A DNA stretch of 63,331 nt, filler included, from Octopus bimaculoides (taxonomy: Eukaryota), in NCBI RefSeq assembly GCF_001194135.2. It is 8 parts of 7 records of this genome, joined end to end, with 100 filler letters (N's around TTAATTAATTAA, not from the genome) between each part and the next. Parts side by side here need not be neighbours in the genome. Positions count along the whole stretch, not along the records: positions 35,728 to 40,749 come from NW_026385730.1; positions 40,850 to 45,721 come from NC_068982.1; positions 45,822 to 50,902 come from NC_068981.1; positions 51,003 to 55,464 come from NC_068981.1; 4 more parts are not named here. The stretch is one strand, 5' to 3'. The translations under genes were made by a program, and so were the position numbers. This document shows, piece by piece, positions 39,751 to 52,116 of the stretch (position 1 is the first letter of the stretch; each line of letters starts with the position of its first letter). The notes beneath the pieces are model-generated. The model had not been told where the DNA came from, ran no database searches, and worked only from the letters and a program-made list of their open reading frames with translations.

Positions 39751-40010
39751 ATCATCATCATCATCGTCGTTTAACGTCCGCTTTCCATGCCAGCATGGGT
39801 TGGACGATTTGACTGAGGACTGGTGAACCAGATGGCTAAACCAGGCTCCAATCTGATTTGGCAGAGTTTCTACAGCTGGATGCCCTTCTTAACGCCAACC
39901 ACTCTGAGAGTGTAGTGGGTGCTTTTACGTTCCACCGGCACGAAGACCAGTCAGGCCGTACTGTCAACGGCCACACTCAAAATGGTATATTTTATGTGCC
40001 ACCCGCACAT
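39750..40010 (-). mobile_element. RTE LINE 3' UTR/tail
   Basis: Reverse complement of 53610-53870, including gtccaacccatgc..catggaaagcggacgttaaacgatgatg. Confidence 0.85.
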
Positions 40011-40406
40011 GGACATTAAAACAATGATGATGATGGCCTATGGAAAAGTGGATGTTGAAATGGTGGTGACGATGACGATGATGATCATCATCATTAGTGT
40101 TTCAAGCAATTTGTATTGATATAAGGTTTTAATCTTGCCTTTGGTTAATGGAGCAAACAATAAAAACTACTTTGTATGTTGTTTTCACAGCAGTATATTG
40201 TCATTCCTGCATCCATATTTTAAATTGTTGATAATACCAGCCAGAAAGTTAAAATATAATTGTGAGGAAACTAATATTTTATTTATCTAAATACCAGATC
40301 ACGAGATCAGTTTTGTTAGTTGACTGTCAACAGATGCAGCTTCATCTCAGTCTTGTCTCGTATTTATTTTGGTTACAAACTGTTCCTTCTCTAGAATTAC
40401 TCTATA

Positions 40407-40471
<65 letters not shown>

Positions 40472-40849
40472 CGTGCGTATGTGCATGCTTATAAGTGACT
40501 TTTATTAAATTTGAATAAACTGGTCTACATTGTTTTATTTTTTCATATTTGTCATGAAATATACACATCCCAACACACTTACACGCATACACACACTTAT
40601 GTATGTATATGTTTATGAGTGTGTGTCTGTCTGCATGTGTATTATGGAAATAAATTGGAACTGAAAATAAATTTAAATATTACAAAACCTCACTGAGGGT
40701 GAACTCGTCGTCGTTTAACGTCCGCTTTCCATGCTAGCATGGGTTGGACNNNNNNNNNNNNNNNNNNNNNNNNNNNNNNNNNNNNNNNNNNNNTTAATTA
40801 ATTAANNNNNNNNNNNNNNNNNNNNNNNNNNNNNNNNNNNNNNNNNNNN

Positions 40850-41230
40850 CCCTTGTTCGGAATGTCCTCAGTATCCACCCTGCCAGTTGTCTGCACTTTG
40901 CTGTCAACTTGACAATGTGCATGTGAAATGATGCATCACTACACATGTTGATGCCCAGGTTTCTTACTGTTTGTGGTTCTGGGGTTGCAGTACCTCCAGG
41001 TCCTGTGTATGCCAGTTGGGAGGCACTTGTGGCCTTGTAGCGCAGTACTTGAAATTTTTTGCATTGAACTGCATATTATTTTGCTCTGCCCACTTGTATA
41101 TTGCATTTAGGTCATTCTGCAGGCTTACAATATCATCAGGATTCTTTATTGCCTGAGATAGTTTTGTGTCATCAGCGTAGCTAGTGACAGTGGCTCTCCA
41201 AGTGACAGTGGGCATGTCCAGAAGGGCCAC
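40850..41230 (-). mobile_element. CR1/L2-group LINE reverse transcriptase fragment
   Basis: SYADDTKLSQAIKNPDDIVSLQNDLNAIYKWAEQNNMQFNAK: YADD motif and the following RT segment. Confidence 0.8.
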
Positions 41231-43789
41231 ACAACTTACAATTATTTATATTTACTCTGAAGTAAGGGGCTCTCGAAATAACTGACCATTCCAGAGAATA
41301 AGTCTTATTATTCCTCTTTAGATCATATATGCAAGTGTGGTAGAGCTAGAGATAGGCCATTCTATTTGTATTTTCTTCTCGATTATATACTTTTACCTTC
41401 TGTGATTTTATGTATATGTATTATTTTTTATGTGCTTGGGAACAATGGCGATTTTTATATAAGATTACATGTTTGAAGGGTGGTGTTATATGTAAAGTTG
41501 TTGACCCAAATTTAATGTTTGTTCTATAACCAAATATACATACATATATATATAAATATATAGTGAAAGTAATAGAAATGAAATTAACATATATAGATAA
41601 TGAAATAATTGAAACTCAAACCACATAATAGTGAAAGTATTATATCACATTACAATAGCGATGTTATTGTTTCACTTTTGACACGTAATACAGAAATAGT
41701 GTAAGAGATAAGAGATTGCTCTAGGCTTGTTAGGCAAGAAGTTGAAAAGTTTTGGGGCTCATGACACTGCATGGACCCTAAATAATGCATGTGTAAATTT
41801 TGAATGAAATCAGTTGGGTAGTTCTTGAGTTTTAGTGATGCATACATACAGACACACAGACAGACATTCTCAGTTTTATATATATACAGATAATAGTAGC
41901 ATTGACAGGCAAAACAGAGATAATACAAATTAGCTTGAAAATAAAAGTACTTTCCCAAACCACATCATTAGTATGAAAAACAATAACATGAATTTTCTGT
42001 TGATAATATTCATGGTCTTTAAAGATAGTATTACCTAATGTGACAGAACTATTTTAGATTAAGAACTAATAAAGACTGCTTTAACATTTGACTAATATTT
42101 ATGAGAAGGTTTTTATCTTTCAATGAAGAGGGAAGGCATCTATCTACAGATTTATTTTTACAGTGGTTGTCCACCCCATCCCTTTTCATGTATTGCCATC
42201 TTTCACCTGTTCTTCCCTTATTCACTGCTATTTTCCATTACCTTCTCAACAAACTGAGATTCACCACAGACCAAGCTTCTACTCATGTTCACCATTTACT
42301 TAACTCATCTTTTATACTCTCAACATACATACCCACTATCCTCAATTTCCTGTCCCCAGTCTCTCTTTACACACCTTGTCTCTTGAGGCTATGCCCTGAT
42401 ATTTGATCACCACCATCTCTTCTCTTTCAAGCTTAGGTAGCCATATATCTCCTCTACAGCAGAATAATTGTTCCTGTCATCTCATCAAACTTTAGCTTCT
42501 CAACCTGGCAGAAAGCTACTCTGAGAAGAGGTGTTGTCTTGCAGCTTACTTGGTGAGCTCACTAGTGGTTGTACCATAACAAAAGCCCCAGCATAATTTG
42601 TAAAGTGGTTGGTATTGGGAAGAGCATCCAGCTGTAGAATCCATGAAACCAAAGCAGACATTGGAGCCTAACACAATCCTCTAGCTCATTGGATCTGGCC
42701 AAACTGTCCAATCCATGCCATCATGGAATGTGGTCATTATATGTGTGTGTGTGTGTGTGTGAGTGTGTGAAATTTAACATTCAGGATTTTTCACACAAAG
42801 AGTATGGAATGCATATTTACTTTTTTACTCTCTTATCTTGGTACCAGATGAGAGAGTAAATTGGGAAATGTTATTTTGATGTTAAATGAATGTGGTAATA
42901 AATCTGTCCACACTTCTAGAGGATGGAGAAAGGAGGGAAAAAAACTCACATCCCAGTTGTAGAAAGCTAAAAGATTCAGACTTAGCACCATTTACTAGAT
43001 AAAATAGATGCAGTGACTCAATGAGTTAGCCTATGTGCCATGAAGACAAACGAAATAAAAGATGATAGATGATAAAAATAAAATAAAGTGCAAATAAAAT
43101 TAATACAGAATAATCATTATAGGGGAATAATGAAAAATGTGTGTATTTATATATTTGATCACAGTTTGACTCAGCTTCATGGGACTGTGATTCAAAAACA
43201 AATCACTAGATATGTGGTCAAACATCAGAAGGAAACCACCAAAGTTTCATGGGATTGGTCTATTAACCGACCAATCAGTGTGACGTGATGGCATGGACAG
43301 CTTTGTAATTGTTGCTATGGTTATCTGTAAAAAGCCAAAGCAGTTTGTCTTTCTGTGCAATAATAAAATCTTCTGTTAAAAATCTATGGATGCTGTTGAG
43401 TTACTTCTATATACAGCTCAAGAAACATTTTCATTCATCAATTCAACCAGTCACCACCACAGACCAGACCAATAACCTACAGGCTGCGACATTACTTTAA
43501 AGTTTCACAGTTGTAAAACATATCCTATTAACATCAGTTCTTTCACAGCAAGCCCCAAGTGGCAGAGCTGATAGGATGTTGGTGTCAGTTAGTCAACATT
43601 TTGTAGGATGTGGTATATCAGCAACAATAGATACCACACAGGGAGATAACTGATTTGATAGCGTCAGATTACATGAGTTTGCACAACCGACATGAATGAT
43701 AGTAGGCTGTAATCTCTATGAGTAACAGGAATTTTATATCATCATCACACTTAGGTCAGTTAGATTTAGGGTGGCATATTTAGATTATC

Positions 43790-44940
43790 AGGATAAATCT
43801 GCCTCCATGAGAAACTGCATATCTATCCTACAATTTCAATCAATAGAAAAAGTGATCTGTCCAACTGTTTCCAGATGATAGAAAGAAAATTCAACAAGAT
43901 CTAGAAAAGTCGTACATGAAAGAATTTGAAATGGTGAAGACACGCCAGATTAAGAAGTTTATGAAACTCAAAAGTCAGAGAATGAAGACTGGAATCCGTC
44001 CCCCACCTGTGAAAGCAGTAATTAATGTAAGTAGCCAACATCTAGAAAGCTCTGAAGAAGCAGTACTGAACAAAGGTCTCAACTTTGTGACAACCATCAA
44101 ACATATTCCATAGCTGGACATAATAGCCCCTATTAAAGAGATAGCCATAAAGATACCAAAAGCTCAGGGAGATGAACTAAGGTGGAAAATGAGACAGGTA
44201 CTAGAAAAAGCAAAACTTCCTAAGCCAAATATCACTAAGGAAGAAAAGTTCACTATCAAATGACTACAGAGTGACAATTCCATCATAATACTTCCAGCGG
44301 ACAAGGGAAACGCTACAGTGGTGAACAAGTCTGACTACTCAGAAAATTAGCAAGTCTTATAAGTGATGATAGCTACAGTAAAGAAAAGAAAAACCCAACT
44401 CTGAAAACAGAGAGGAAGTTGTCACAGATCTTGATCAAGAACAAGGATCACTTTACACCAATGAAGTACAGACAATCGACTCAACACCACAGTAAACTAC
44501 CACACATGTACGGTCTCCCTAAGATTCACAAGGATGGTATTCCATTAAGACCTATAGTGAGCTACAGAGGTTCAGCATGTCATCCACTGAGCCGCTTTCT
44601 TGTGGATATAATCAGTCCATTAGCAGGAAAGTCAACATCGTACGTGAAGAATTCTACCCACTTCACAGAATTGATCAAGGATGCCCCCACTGAATCCAAC
44701 CAGATGGTGAGCCTAGATGCAATAAGCCTGTTCACCAAAGTTCCAACTGGTCAAGCACTATCGGTAATAGAAGAAAAACTAATGACAGACACCCATCTAA
44801 AAGAACACACTAGTATACCAGTAAGAAACTTGATGGAAATGCTAACCTTCTGTGTAGAAACTCTACTTCAGTATGGACACTGATATATATCGACAAGAGG
44901 AGGGTTTAGCTATGGGTTCACCATTATCACCGGTGGTTGG
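43790..44940 (+). mobile_element. Penelope-like element (Poseidon/Penelope-type) ORF fragment, pseudogenised
   Basis: VLNKGLNFV, ILPADKGNATVV, YGLPKIHKDGIPLRPIVS, MVSLDAISLFTKVP and GLAMGSPLSPV motifs with stops and frameshifts; truncated before YxDD. Confidence 0.9.
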
Positions 44941-45127
44941 GGGTGGGGGAGCAGGAAGTCTTGGTGGCTCCTGTATTTTCTTATCTTCCCCTCCCCTGTG
45001 TTACAGGCGGTGATATCGGAGTTTGCGGCCTATGCAGGAAGCTTGGAGCCAGAGAAAAGAAAAATGAAAAAAGACTTAATAGCATGTAAATAATGGGTTG
45101 AAAAACTCTTTCAGATAGAGAAAATCG

Positions 45128-45205
45128 AAGGCTGCCTGTGGGACTCGAACCACATCTCCTCTAGACGTTAGGGGCGTCTTTCCAATGTCAGGTGTACAGG
45201 ATATG
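45128..45205 (-). other. Degenerate tRNA-like sequence (probable SINE head or tRNA pseudogene)
   Basis: B-box ggttcgagtcc plus a weak anticodon-like hairpin cccct/agagg; T-stem and acceptor stem imperfect. Confidence 0.35.
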
Positions 45206-45574
45206 TGGCTTTTCAACTCAAATTTACAGGCTGTCATTGAGCTTTATGTGTGCTTCGATGTGCATGTGCGCACGTAGCATTACATTGTCAAACGAGTTCT
45301 GGCTAATGTTTACTTGAACACCCGGCCACCAAAAACAAGTGTAGTAGATGTAAAAAAGAAAAATGTGTATTAAACGAACATGAGAAACATCTGCGTCAAC
45401 GAACCGATTATAAAGAAATTTGGGGCATAAATTTTTTCAGAAAAATGCATTTTTCAAGGTAGGTGCGAATCTGCATTAGCCCCAGAAATTTGTGGGAAAA
45501 AGTTTTTTTTTTTTTTCTCGAAGGATTGGGAAGAGGACTTTCGATGAGAAAGAAATTCATAAATTATTTTTCTC

Positions 45575-45721
45575 TGTGGTAAGTAGCTTGCTTACGAACC
45601 ACATAGTTCTGGGTTCAGTCCCACTGCGTGGCACCTTGGGCAAGAGTCTTCTACTATAGCCTCGGGCGGACCAAAGCCTTGTTAGAGGATTTGGTAGACG
45701 GAAACTGAAAGAAGCTCGTCG
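45575..45721 (+). mobile_element. SINE B head
   Basis: tgtggtaagtagcttgcttacgaaccacatagttctgggttcagtcccactgcgtggcaccttgggcaag. Confidence 0.9.
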
Positions 45722-45821
45722 NNNNNNNNNNNNNNNNNNNNNNNNNNNNNNNNNNNNNNNNNNNNTTAATTAATTAANNNNNNNNNNNNNNNNNNNNNNN
45801 NNNNNNNNNNNNNNNNNNNNN

Positions 45822-46175
45822 ATCTCATCTAAATTGATTCGCTCCCTAATTAGTTGGGCTATGACCCTCTCTGTAACTTTCATAACCTGATCTAACAGCT
45901 TGATGCCTCTGTAATTATTTGTATCTAAAGCATCACCTTTACCTTTGTAGCAGTTGACTATGATGCTGCTACACCAGTCATTAGGTATGACTCCTTCGTG
46001 TATCACCTGGTTCGTAATACGGGTGACTAGGCTATAGCCAACACTGCCAGATATTTTGAGCATCTCTGCAGTGATTCCTGATGGGCAGGGGGCTTTCCCG
46101 GTCTTCATACTCTTAATTGCTTTATCTACCCTGGTACTATCAACTCGGATAGCTGGTCCCTCTATTGGGTCGACT
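45822..46175 (-). mobile_element. RTE-clade LINE ORF2 fragment (RT N-terminal region)
   Basis: MKTGKAPCPSGITAEMLK...IPNDWCSSIIVNCYKGKGDALDTNNYRGIKLLDQVMKVTERVI. Confidence 0.9.
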
Positions 46176-46371
46176 GGTGTAATTAAAATTATCTATGTTC
46201 TGTGCAGACTTCTAGCGCTTTTTTCAATTCATGTCCTCAAGCAAACTGTTGTCATTTCTATACAAGCCTATTTACATTCACTTGTGAGTGTCATATCACT
46301 TTGGGATGGACACACACACACACACATATACCAAATGGTAGATGGAAGAAGTGTAAAAGCCCATTGTGCAT

Positions 46372-46411
<40 letters not shown>

Positions 46412-46619
46412 GGAGAGAGAGAGAGTTTACAATTTATAGGAAAATCCACAGGAATAATTACAAGGTAGCTAAATGTTGCTTAAGTGTCCCAGGATTTATG
46501 ATGATGTCTTGAGCTAACTGGATCCTATAAAGGAGCTGTTGTGGTAGCAGACCACGAAACATGGTTGAAATTCCATTCCTATATATATACTTTATTTAAA
46601 AGAAGCAGAAATATAACAA

Positions 46620-46665
46620 AAAACTGTTATTCGGAGTTTCACGTACCCGTTCATCAGACAGTTTT
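46620..46665 (-). ncRNA. Minimal type-I hammerhead ribozyme motif (minus copy)
   Basis: aaaactgt-CTGATGA-acgggtacgt-GAAAC-tccga-ATA-acagtttt: 8-bp stem I, intact core, short stem II. The cleavage triplet is AUA, creating a C-A mismatch in stem III. Confidence 0.7.
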
Positions 46666-46671
46666 GTTTCT

Positions 46672-46709
46672 CTGATGAACAGGAACGTGAAACTCCGAGT
46701 AACAGTTTT
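46672..46709 (+). ncRNA. Minimal type-I hammerhead ribozyme motif (plus copy)
   Basis: CTGATGA-acaggaacgt-GAAAC-tccga-GTA-acagtttt: intact core and GUA triplet, but the 5' strand of stem I is missing at the inversion junction. Confidence 0.65.
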
Positions 46710-46739
46710 CTGTTATATTTCTGCTGCTTTTAAATAAAG

Positions 46740-46815
46740 CATATTACTCTACCTCTGGTATTTGAGTACTCTTTTTTCCACCTTGTTGCACATTTATGTG
46801 CTTACTCCGGTATAT
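46740..46815 (+). mobile_element. Probable remainder of the pseudo-LTR carrying the hammerhead
   Basis: Continues only from the plus-strand arm and ends in (TA)n. Inference from Penelope pLTR organisation. Confidence 0.4.
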
Positions 46816-46974
46816 ATATATAATCATCATTTACCATCCATTTGCTATGGTTACGTTTTTAGCGAAAAACAATATGAGGGATATTATTATTTTCTGTCTA
46901 AAATATGGAAATTTGCAAGCTCCATAAAATGCTTACATGGACATTAACAAACTGTGTTTCTATATAATTATAGG

Positions 46975-47370
46975 CACAAGTGTGGTTGCATGGGTTAAAA
47001 GTTTGCTTCCCAACCACGTGGTTTCGGTTCAGTCCCACTGTCTGGCACCTTGGGCAAGTGCCTTCTACTACAGCCTTGGACTGATCAGAGCCTTATAGAT
47101 AGTTTTGAACATAAAAACTGAAAGAAGCCAGTCAGATGTGTGTGTGTTCGTGTCCCCTTGCTTCAACATCACACAATAGTTATAAACAAACATCGCGGTC
47201 ACACAAGTAGAGTTCCTTATTTCTAGTTTCCTGTGAAAACCTGTCCGACCATGGTGAAACATAATCTTACTTGGAAAGCACAGGTTAAGGGTTGATGATG
47301 GGAAGGGCACCCAGCCAGAGAAAACCTGTCCTAATGAATTTCATCTGTTCCATGCAACCAATGATGATAA
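46975..47370 (+). mobile_element. SINE family E (B head, different body, RTE-like tail)
   Basis: Head as in 47722; tail gggaagggcacccagccagagaaaacc resembles RTE 3' UTR aggaagggcatccagctgtagaaac at about 53728. Confidence 0.75.
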
Positions 47371-47412
47371 TGTATGTGTGTGTGTGTGTGCGTGCACATG
47401 AATATATATGTA

Positions 47413-47650
47413 GTGGAGGCATGTGGTTTAGTGGTTAGGGTGTTGGACTCATGATCGTAAAATTGTGGTTTCAATTCCTGGACCGAGAAATGCATTGTGT
47501 TCTTGAGCAAAACACTTCATTTCACGTTGCTCCAGTTCACTCAGCTGGCAAAAACGAGTATTCCTGCGACGGGCCAGCATCCCATCCAGGTAGGGAATAT
47601 ATATGCCATTGAAACCGGGAAAATGGCCCTCATGAGCCTGGCATGGCTTG
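47413..47650 (+). mobile_element. SINE with family A head and alternative tail
   Basis: ggaggcatgtggtttagtggttagggtgttggactcatgatcgtaa...tccagttcactcagctggcaaaa. Confidence 0.75.
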
Positions 47651-47721
47651 NNNNNNNNNNNNNNNNNNNNNNNNNNNNNNNNNNNNNNNNNNNNNNNNNN
47701 NNNNNNNNNNTTTTTTTTTTT

Positions 47722-48112
47722 TGTGGCTGTGTGGTAAGTAGCTTGCTTCCCAACCGCATGGTTCTGGGTTCAGTCCCACTGTGTGGCACCTTGGGCATGT
47801 GTCTTCTACTATAGCCTCGGGCTGACCAAAGCCTTGTGAGTGGATTTGGTAGATGGAAACTGAAAGACGCCCATCGTATATATGTATATGTATATATATA
47901 TATACGTGTGTGTCTGTGCTTGTCCCCCCCCCCCAACATCACTTGACAACTGATGCGTCCCTCATAACTTAGCGGTTCAGCAAAAAGGACCGATAGCATA
48001 AGTACTAGCCTTACAAAGAATAAGTCCTGGGGTCGATTTGCTTGACTAAAGGCGGTGCTCCGGCATGGCCACAATCAAATGACTGAAACAAGTAAAAGAA
48101 TAAAAGAATGTA
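47722..48112 (+). mobile_element. SINE B/D, full-length reference copy with internal (TA)n(TG)n
   Basis: tRNA head, microsatellite, body, and a 3' tail aaacaagtaaaagaataaaagaat. Confidence 0.9.
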
Positions 48113-49554
48113 TGTATGTGCATGTATATATGCATGTGTGTAACGCATCCTCCTCTCCCCACCAAAAAAAAAAAAAAACTTGGGAAGATGAGAAAACTGT
48201 TTGAGGTAGTTATATATATAAAAAAAAAGACAAGCTGGTACCTCATAGGAAAAGCTTATCTTTAAAACAAATATGTACTTGAAGCTCTCTTAACAGATGC
48301 CCCTATTGTCTGTTGGAGTCTTTTATTCTAAATTTTACTTTAACATTTATATTTATCTCAAACTTCCTACACGTCTTTCTGAGTAGTAGTAGTAGCAGCA
48401 GCAGTAGTAGTAGTAGTAGTAGTAGCAGCAGCAGCAGCAGCTGTTGTTGGTGTTGTGCTATGAACACATTTCTGTACATTTATGAGATAACACAAGTAAT
48501 TTTCTAGTTTCTGATACGACAAAAATGTTATGTCATCACCGTTGTCATCGTTGTGATCATCATCATCATCATCATCCCCATCACCATTGACCTAATCATC
48601 ATCTTCATCATCACCACCATAATTATCAGTCGTCACTGTCACCACCACCATCATCGCCATCATCAGCACCATCATTGTCATCATCATCATCACCACTATT
48701 ACGCCACCATCATCATTATCATCACCATCATCAGCACCATTACTGTCACCACCACCACTACCACCTTTACCACCACCACCATCATTGTCATCATCATCAC
48801 CACCACTACCATCACCACCACCATTATCATCATTAACATCGTCATTGTTTCAACGTCTATTTTTCCATGCTTACATGAGTCAAACGAAATTACGTTGGGC
48901 AGAGTTTTCTACAGCCCAAATGCCCTTCCTGTTGCCAACCTTCTCTTGTTTCTAAGCAAGCTAATATATCTCTCTCTTCAGCTGTTGTATAACAAACAAC
49001 CCAGACATGGTTGTGTGGAGAAATGGAAGCAAACAACAGCATACGAATGTACCTTTTGTTTACAACCAGCAAACACACAGGAAGATGAGGGAAACACAAA
49101 CTCATTCACACACACACACACACACACATACACACACACACACATACAAACTAAGGTATCCAACCATAAAACCCATGATGCCAAACCAGACATTGGAGTT
49201 GATGCAGTTCTCTGGCTCATTGGATCCTGCTGAACTATCCAAACTATACTAGCACGGAAGACAGACATTTGATGACGATGATATATTGAAGGGCTTCTTT
49301 CAGTTTCCATCTGCCAAGTCCACTCACAAGGCTTTGACCAGTACAGGTTTATAGAAAAAGACACTCTCCAAAGTGCTCCTTGGAACTGAATCCTCAATCA
49401 TGTGGTTGGCATGTGAACTTCCTTTTCAATGAAACAAAATTTGACAAAAACACACAATATTACTAGAAAGATAGAAATAATTAAATTATAATAATTTGGA
49501 ATCTGATTCTTAAAGAATTGAAAGTGAATATTCTTAACATAAATATAACAAACA

Positions 49555-49878
49555 CAGGCCTGGCCAACTCAAATTACATTGCAAGCCACTTTAATCACAA
49601 AAAGTATTTTAAGGGCCACTTGTACACTGACAGAATTGAAAGCATTTTGCTTTCTTGTGCTATTATTACAATAATGAATGAATGATCATTGATACAACAT
49701 GAAATATTATCGTTGCAAAAACAGTATCTTTCCTTTTTACTTTTTATTACAATCTTTAATTTTTGTTAAAATTTTTAAAATGCCTGTTTAAACTCATTGC
49801 AAGAAAGCATCAAGCGGGTCACAAGACAAAAGTCTGTGGGCCGCATGCAGCCCGCAGGCCTCAGATTGGCCAGCCCTG
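49555..49878. mobile_element. hAT-like MITE
   Basis: Termini caggcctggccaac / ttggccagccctg and subterminal gggccgcatgcagcccgcaggcc; no clear 8-bp TSD. Confidence 0.6.
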
Positions 49879-50721
49879 GACTATACCCAGAACTGACTAT
49901 AGTTAGTTATATCGTCCCCTATTATGGGAATGGTACTGAATCCAGGAGGATAAAAGGAAATATTTGAAAACAAAATATAAAAGGACTTGATGAAATACAG
50001 GTTACAAGATCTAATACAGACATAAGGACAGGAGTTTTAGAGAAGCAGAGTAACTATATCATCCAACATTACTGGAATGATACTGACCCCAGGGGGATGA
50101 AAGGAAGGATTTGAAGTCAAAACATAAAGGAACTTAACAGGACATTTTTGGGTGTACAGCCAGTTATATGAGCCTCACAACTGGACTAGTAGTTGTTTTG
50201 TTGTTGCTTTTTATAAAACTATAAGAGAATAAAATGTAAATGGTCCGAGCAGGATTTGAACTCAGAACATAAAAGAGCTTAACTAACTATAAGTTATAAC
50301 TTCCAACAGAGGCATAATAAAAGATGCAAGGGCATTTTAAACACATTCCAGTTTCAGCAGCAGGTCTTTTCCTTTTATTATTACCTTTTTTACTTGTTTC
50401 GATCATTAGACTGCGGCCATGCTGGGGCACCACCTTGAAGAATTTTTAATCAAACAAATCGTCTCTAGTACTTATTTTTTTTTTGTTTTAAAACTGGTAC
50501 TTATTCTATTGGTCTCTTTAGTTGGACTCCTAAGTTACAGGGACATAAAATCACTAACAGTGGTTGTTAAGCAGTGTGGTATGATGTGAGGGAGGGTCAA
50601 ACAAACACACACACACACAACAGGCTTCTTTCAGTTTCCTTCTACCAAATCCAATACTAGATGCATTGAAGCATGTAATATTTGATGCAACCTTGCACAT
50701 AGAACCTGAAGTGAATATTCT

Positions 50722-50902
50722 TTTCTTTTCTACTCTAGGCACAAGGCCCGAAATTTGGGAGGAGGGGGCCAGTCAATTAGATCGACCCCAGTATACAACT
50801 GATACTTAATTTATTAACCTCGAAAGGATGAAAGGCAAAGTTGACCTCGGCAGAATTTGAACTCAGAACATAAAGAGACAAAATATTGCTAAACATTTCG
50901 CC
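50722..50902 (-). mobile_element. SINE family C
   Basis: Reverse match to 26204-26432 and 60872-61020. Confidence 0.85.
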
Positions 50903-51002
50903 NNNNNNNNNNNNNNNNNNNNNNNNNNNNNNNNNNNNNNNNNNNNTTAATTAATTAANNNNNNNNNNNNNNNNNNNNNNNNNNNNNNNNNNNNNNNNNN
51001 NN

Positions 51003-51292
51003 TATTGAGCGAAAACACATAAAGCTCCACGACGCTCCGGCAGGGGATGGTGGCGAACCCTGCTGTACTCTTTCACCACAACTTCCTCTCACTCTTACTT
51101 CCTGTTTCTGTTGTGCCTGTAATTCAAAGGGCCAGCTTTGTCACATTGTGTCACACTGAATATCCCCGAGAACTACGTTAAGGGTACACGTGTTTGTGGA
51201 GTGCTCAGTCACTTGCATGTTAATTTCATGAGCAGGCTGTTCCGTTGATCGGATCAACTGGAACCCTTGATGTCGTAAGCGACGGAGTGCCA
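51003..51292 (+). mobile_element. SINE family A body with a variant middle segment
   Basis: 51115-51292 matches 8405-8583. Confidence 0.8.
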
Positions 51293-52116
51293 ACAACAAC
51301 AGACTGCAGCCATGCTGAGGCACCGCCTTGAAGAATTTTAATTGCACAAGTTGACACTAGTTCTTTCTTTTTATGCTTGGTACTTTTTTATTGGCCTATT
51401 TTACTGAACTGCTAAGTTACATGAACAGCAACATCATTTATGAATCGGTGGTGGTGGTGGTGGGGCAAATGCAGACACAAAGACACAATACACACACACA
51501 CACACACACACACANNNNNNNNNNNNNNNNNNNNNNNNNNNNNNNNNNNNNNNNNNNNNNNNNNNNNNNNNNNNNNNNNNNNNNNNNNNNNNNNNNNNNN
51601 NNNNNNNNNNNNNNNNNNNNNNNNNNNNNNNNNNNNNNNNNNNNNNNNNNNNNNNNNNNNNNNNNNNNNNNNNNNNNNNNNNNNNNNNNNNNNNNNNNNN
51701 NNNNNNNNNNNNNNNNNNNNNNNNNNNNNNNNNNNNNNNNNNNNNNNNNNNNNNNNNNNNNNNNNNNNNNNNNNNNNNNNNNNNNNNNNNNNNNNNNNNN
51801 NNNNNNNNNNNNNNNNNNNNNNNNNNNNNNNNNNNNNNNNNNNNNNNNNNNNNNNNNNNNNNNNNNNNNNNNNNNNNNNNNNNNNNNNNNNNNNNNNNNN
51901 NNNNNNNNNNNNNNNNNNNNNNNNNNNNNNNNNNNNNNNNNNNNNNNNNNNNNNNNNNNNNNNNNNNNNNNNNNNNNNNNNNNNNNNNNNNNNNNNNNNN
52001 NNNNNNNNNNNNNNNNNNNNNNNNNNNNNNNNNNNNNNNNNNNNNNNNNNNNNNNNNNNNNNNNNNNNNNNNNNNNNNNNNNNNNNNNNNNNNNNACACA
52101 CACACACACACACACA

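Noticed and set aside
42101-42406. ORF containing STYIPTILNF, spaced like the GR TY(x5)QF motif
   Set aside because: Pyrimidine-rich decayed sequence next to a CR1-like remnant, with no suitable acceptor and no preceding TM7a motif.
45128-45205. Functional tRNA gene
   Set aside because: T-stem, acceptor stem and anticodon loop are non-canonical; at most a SINE head or pseudogene.
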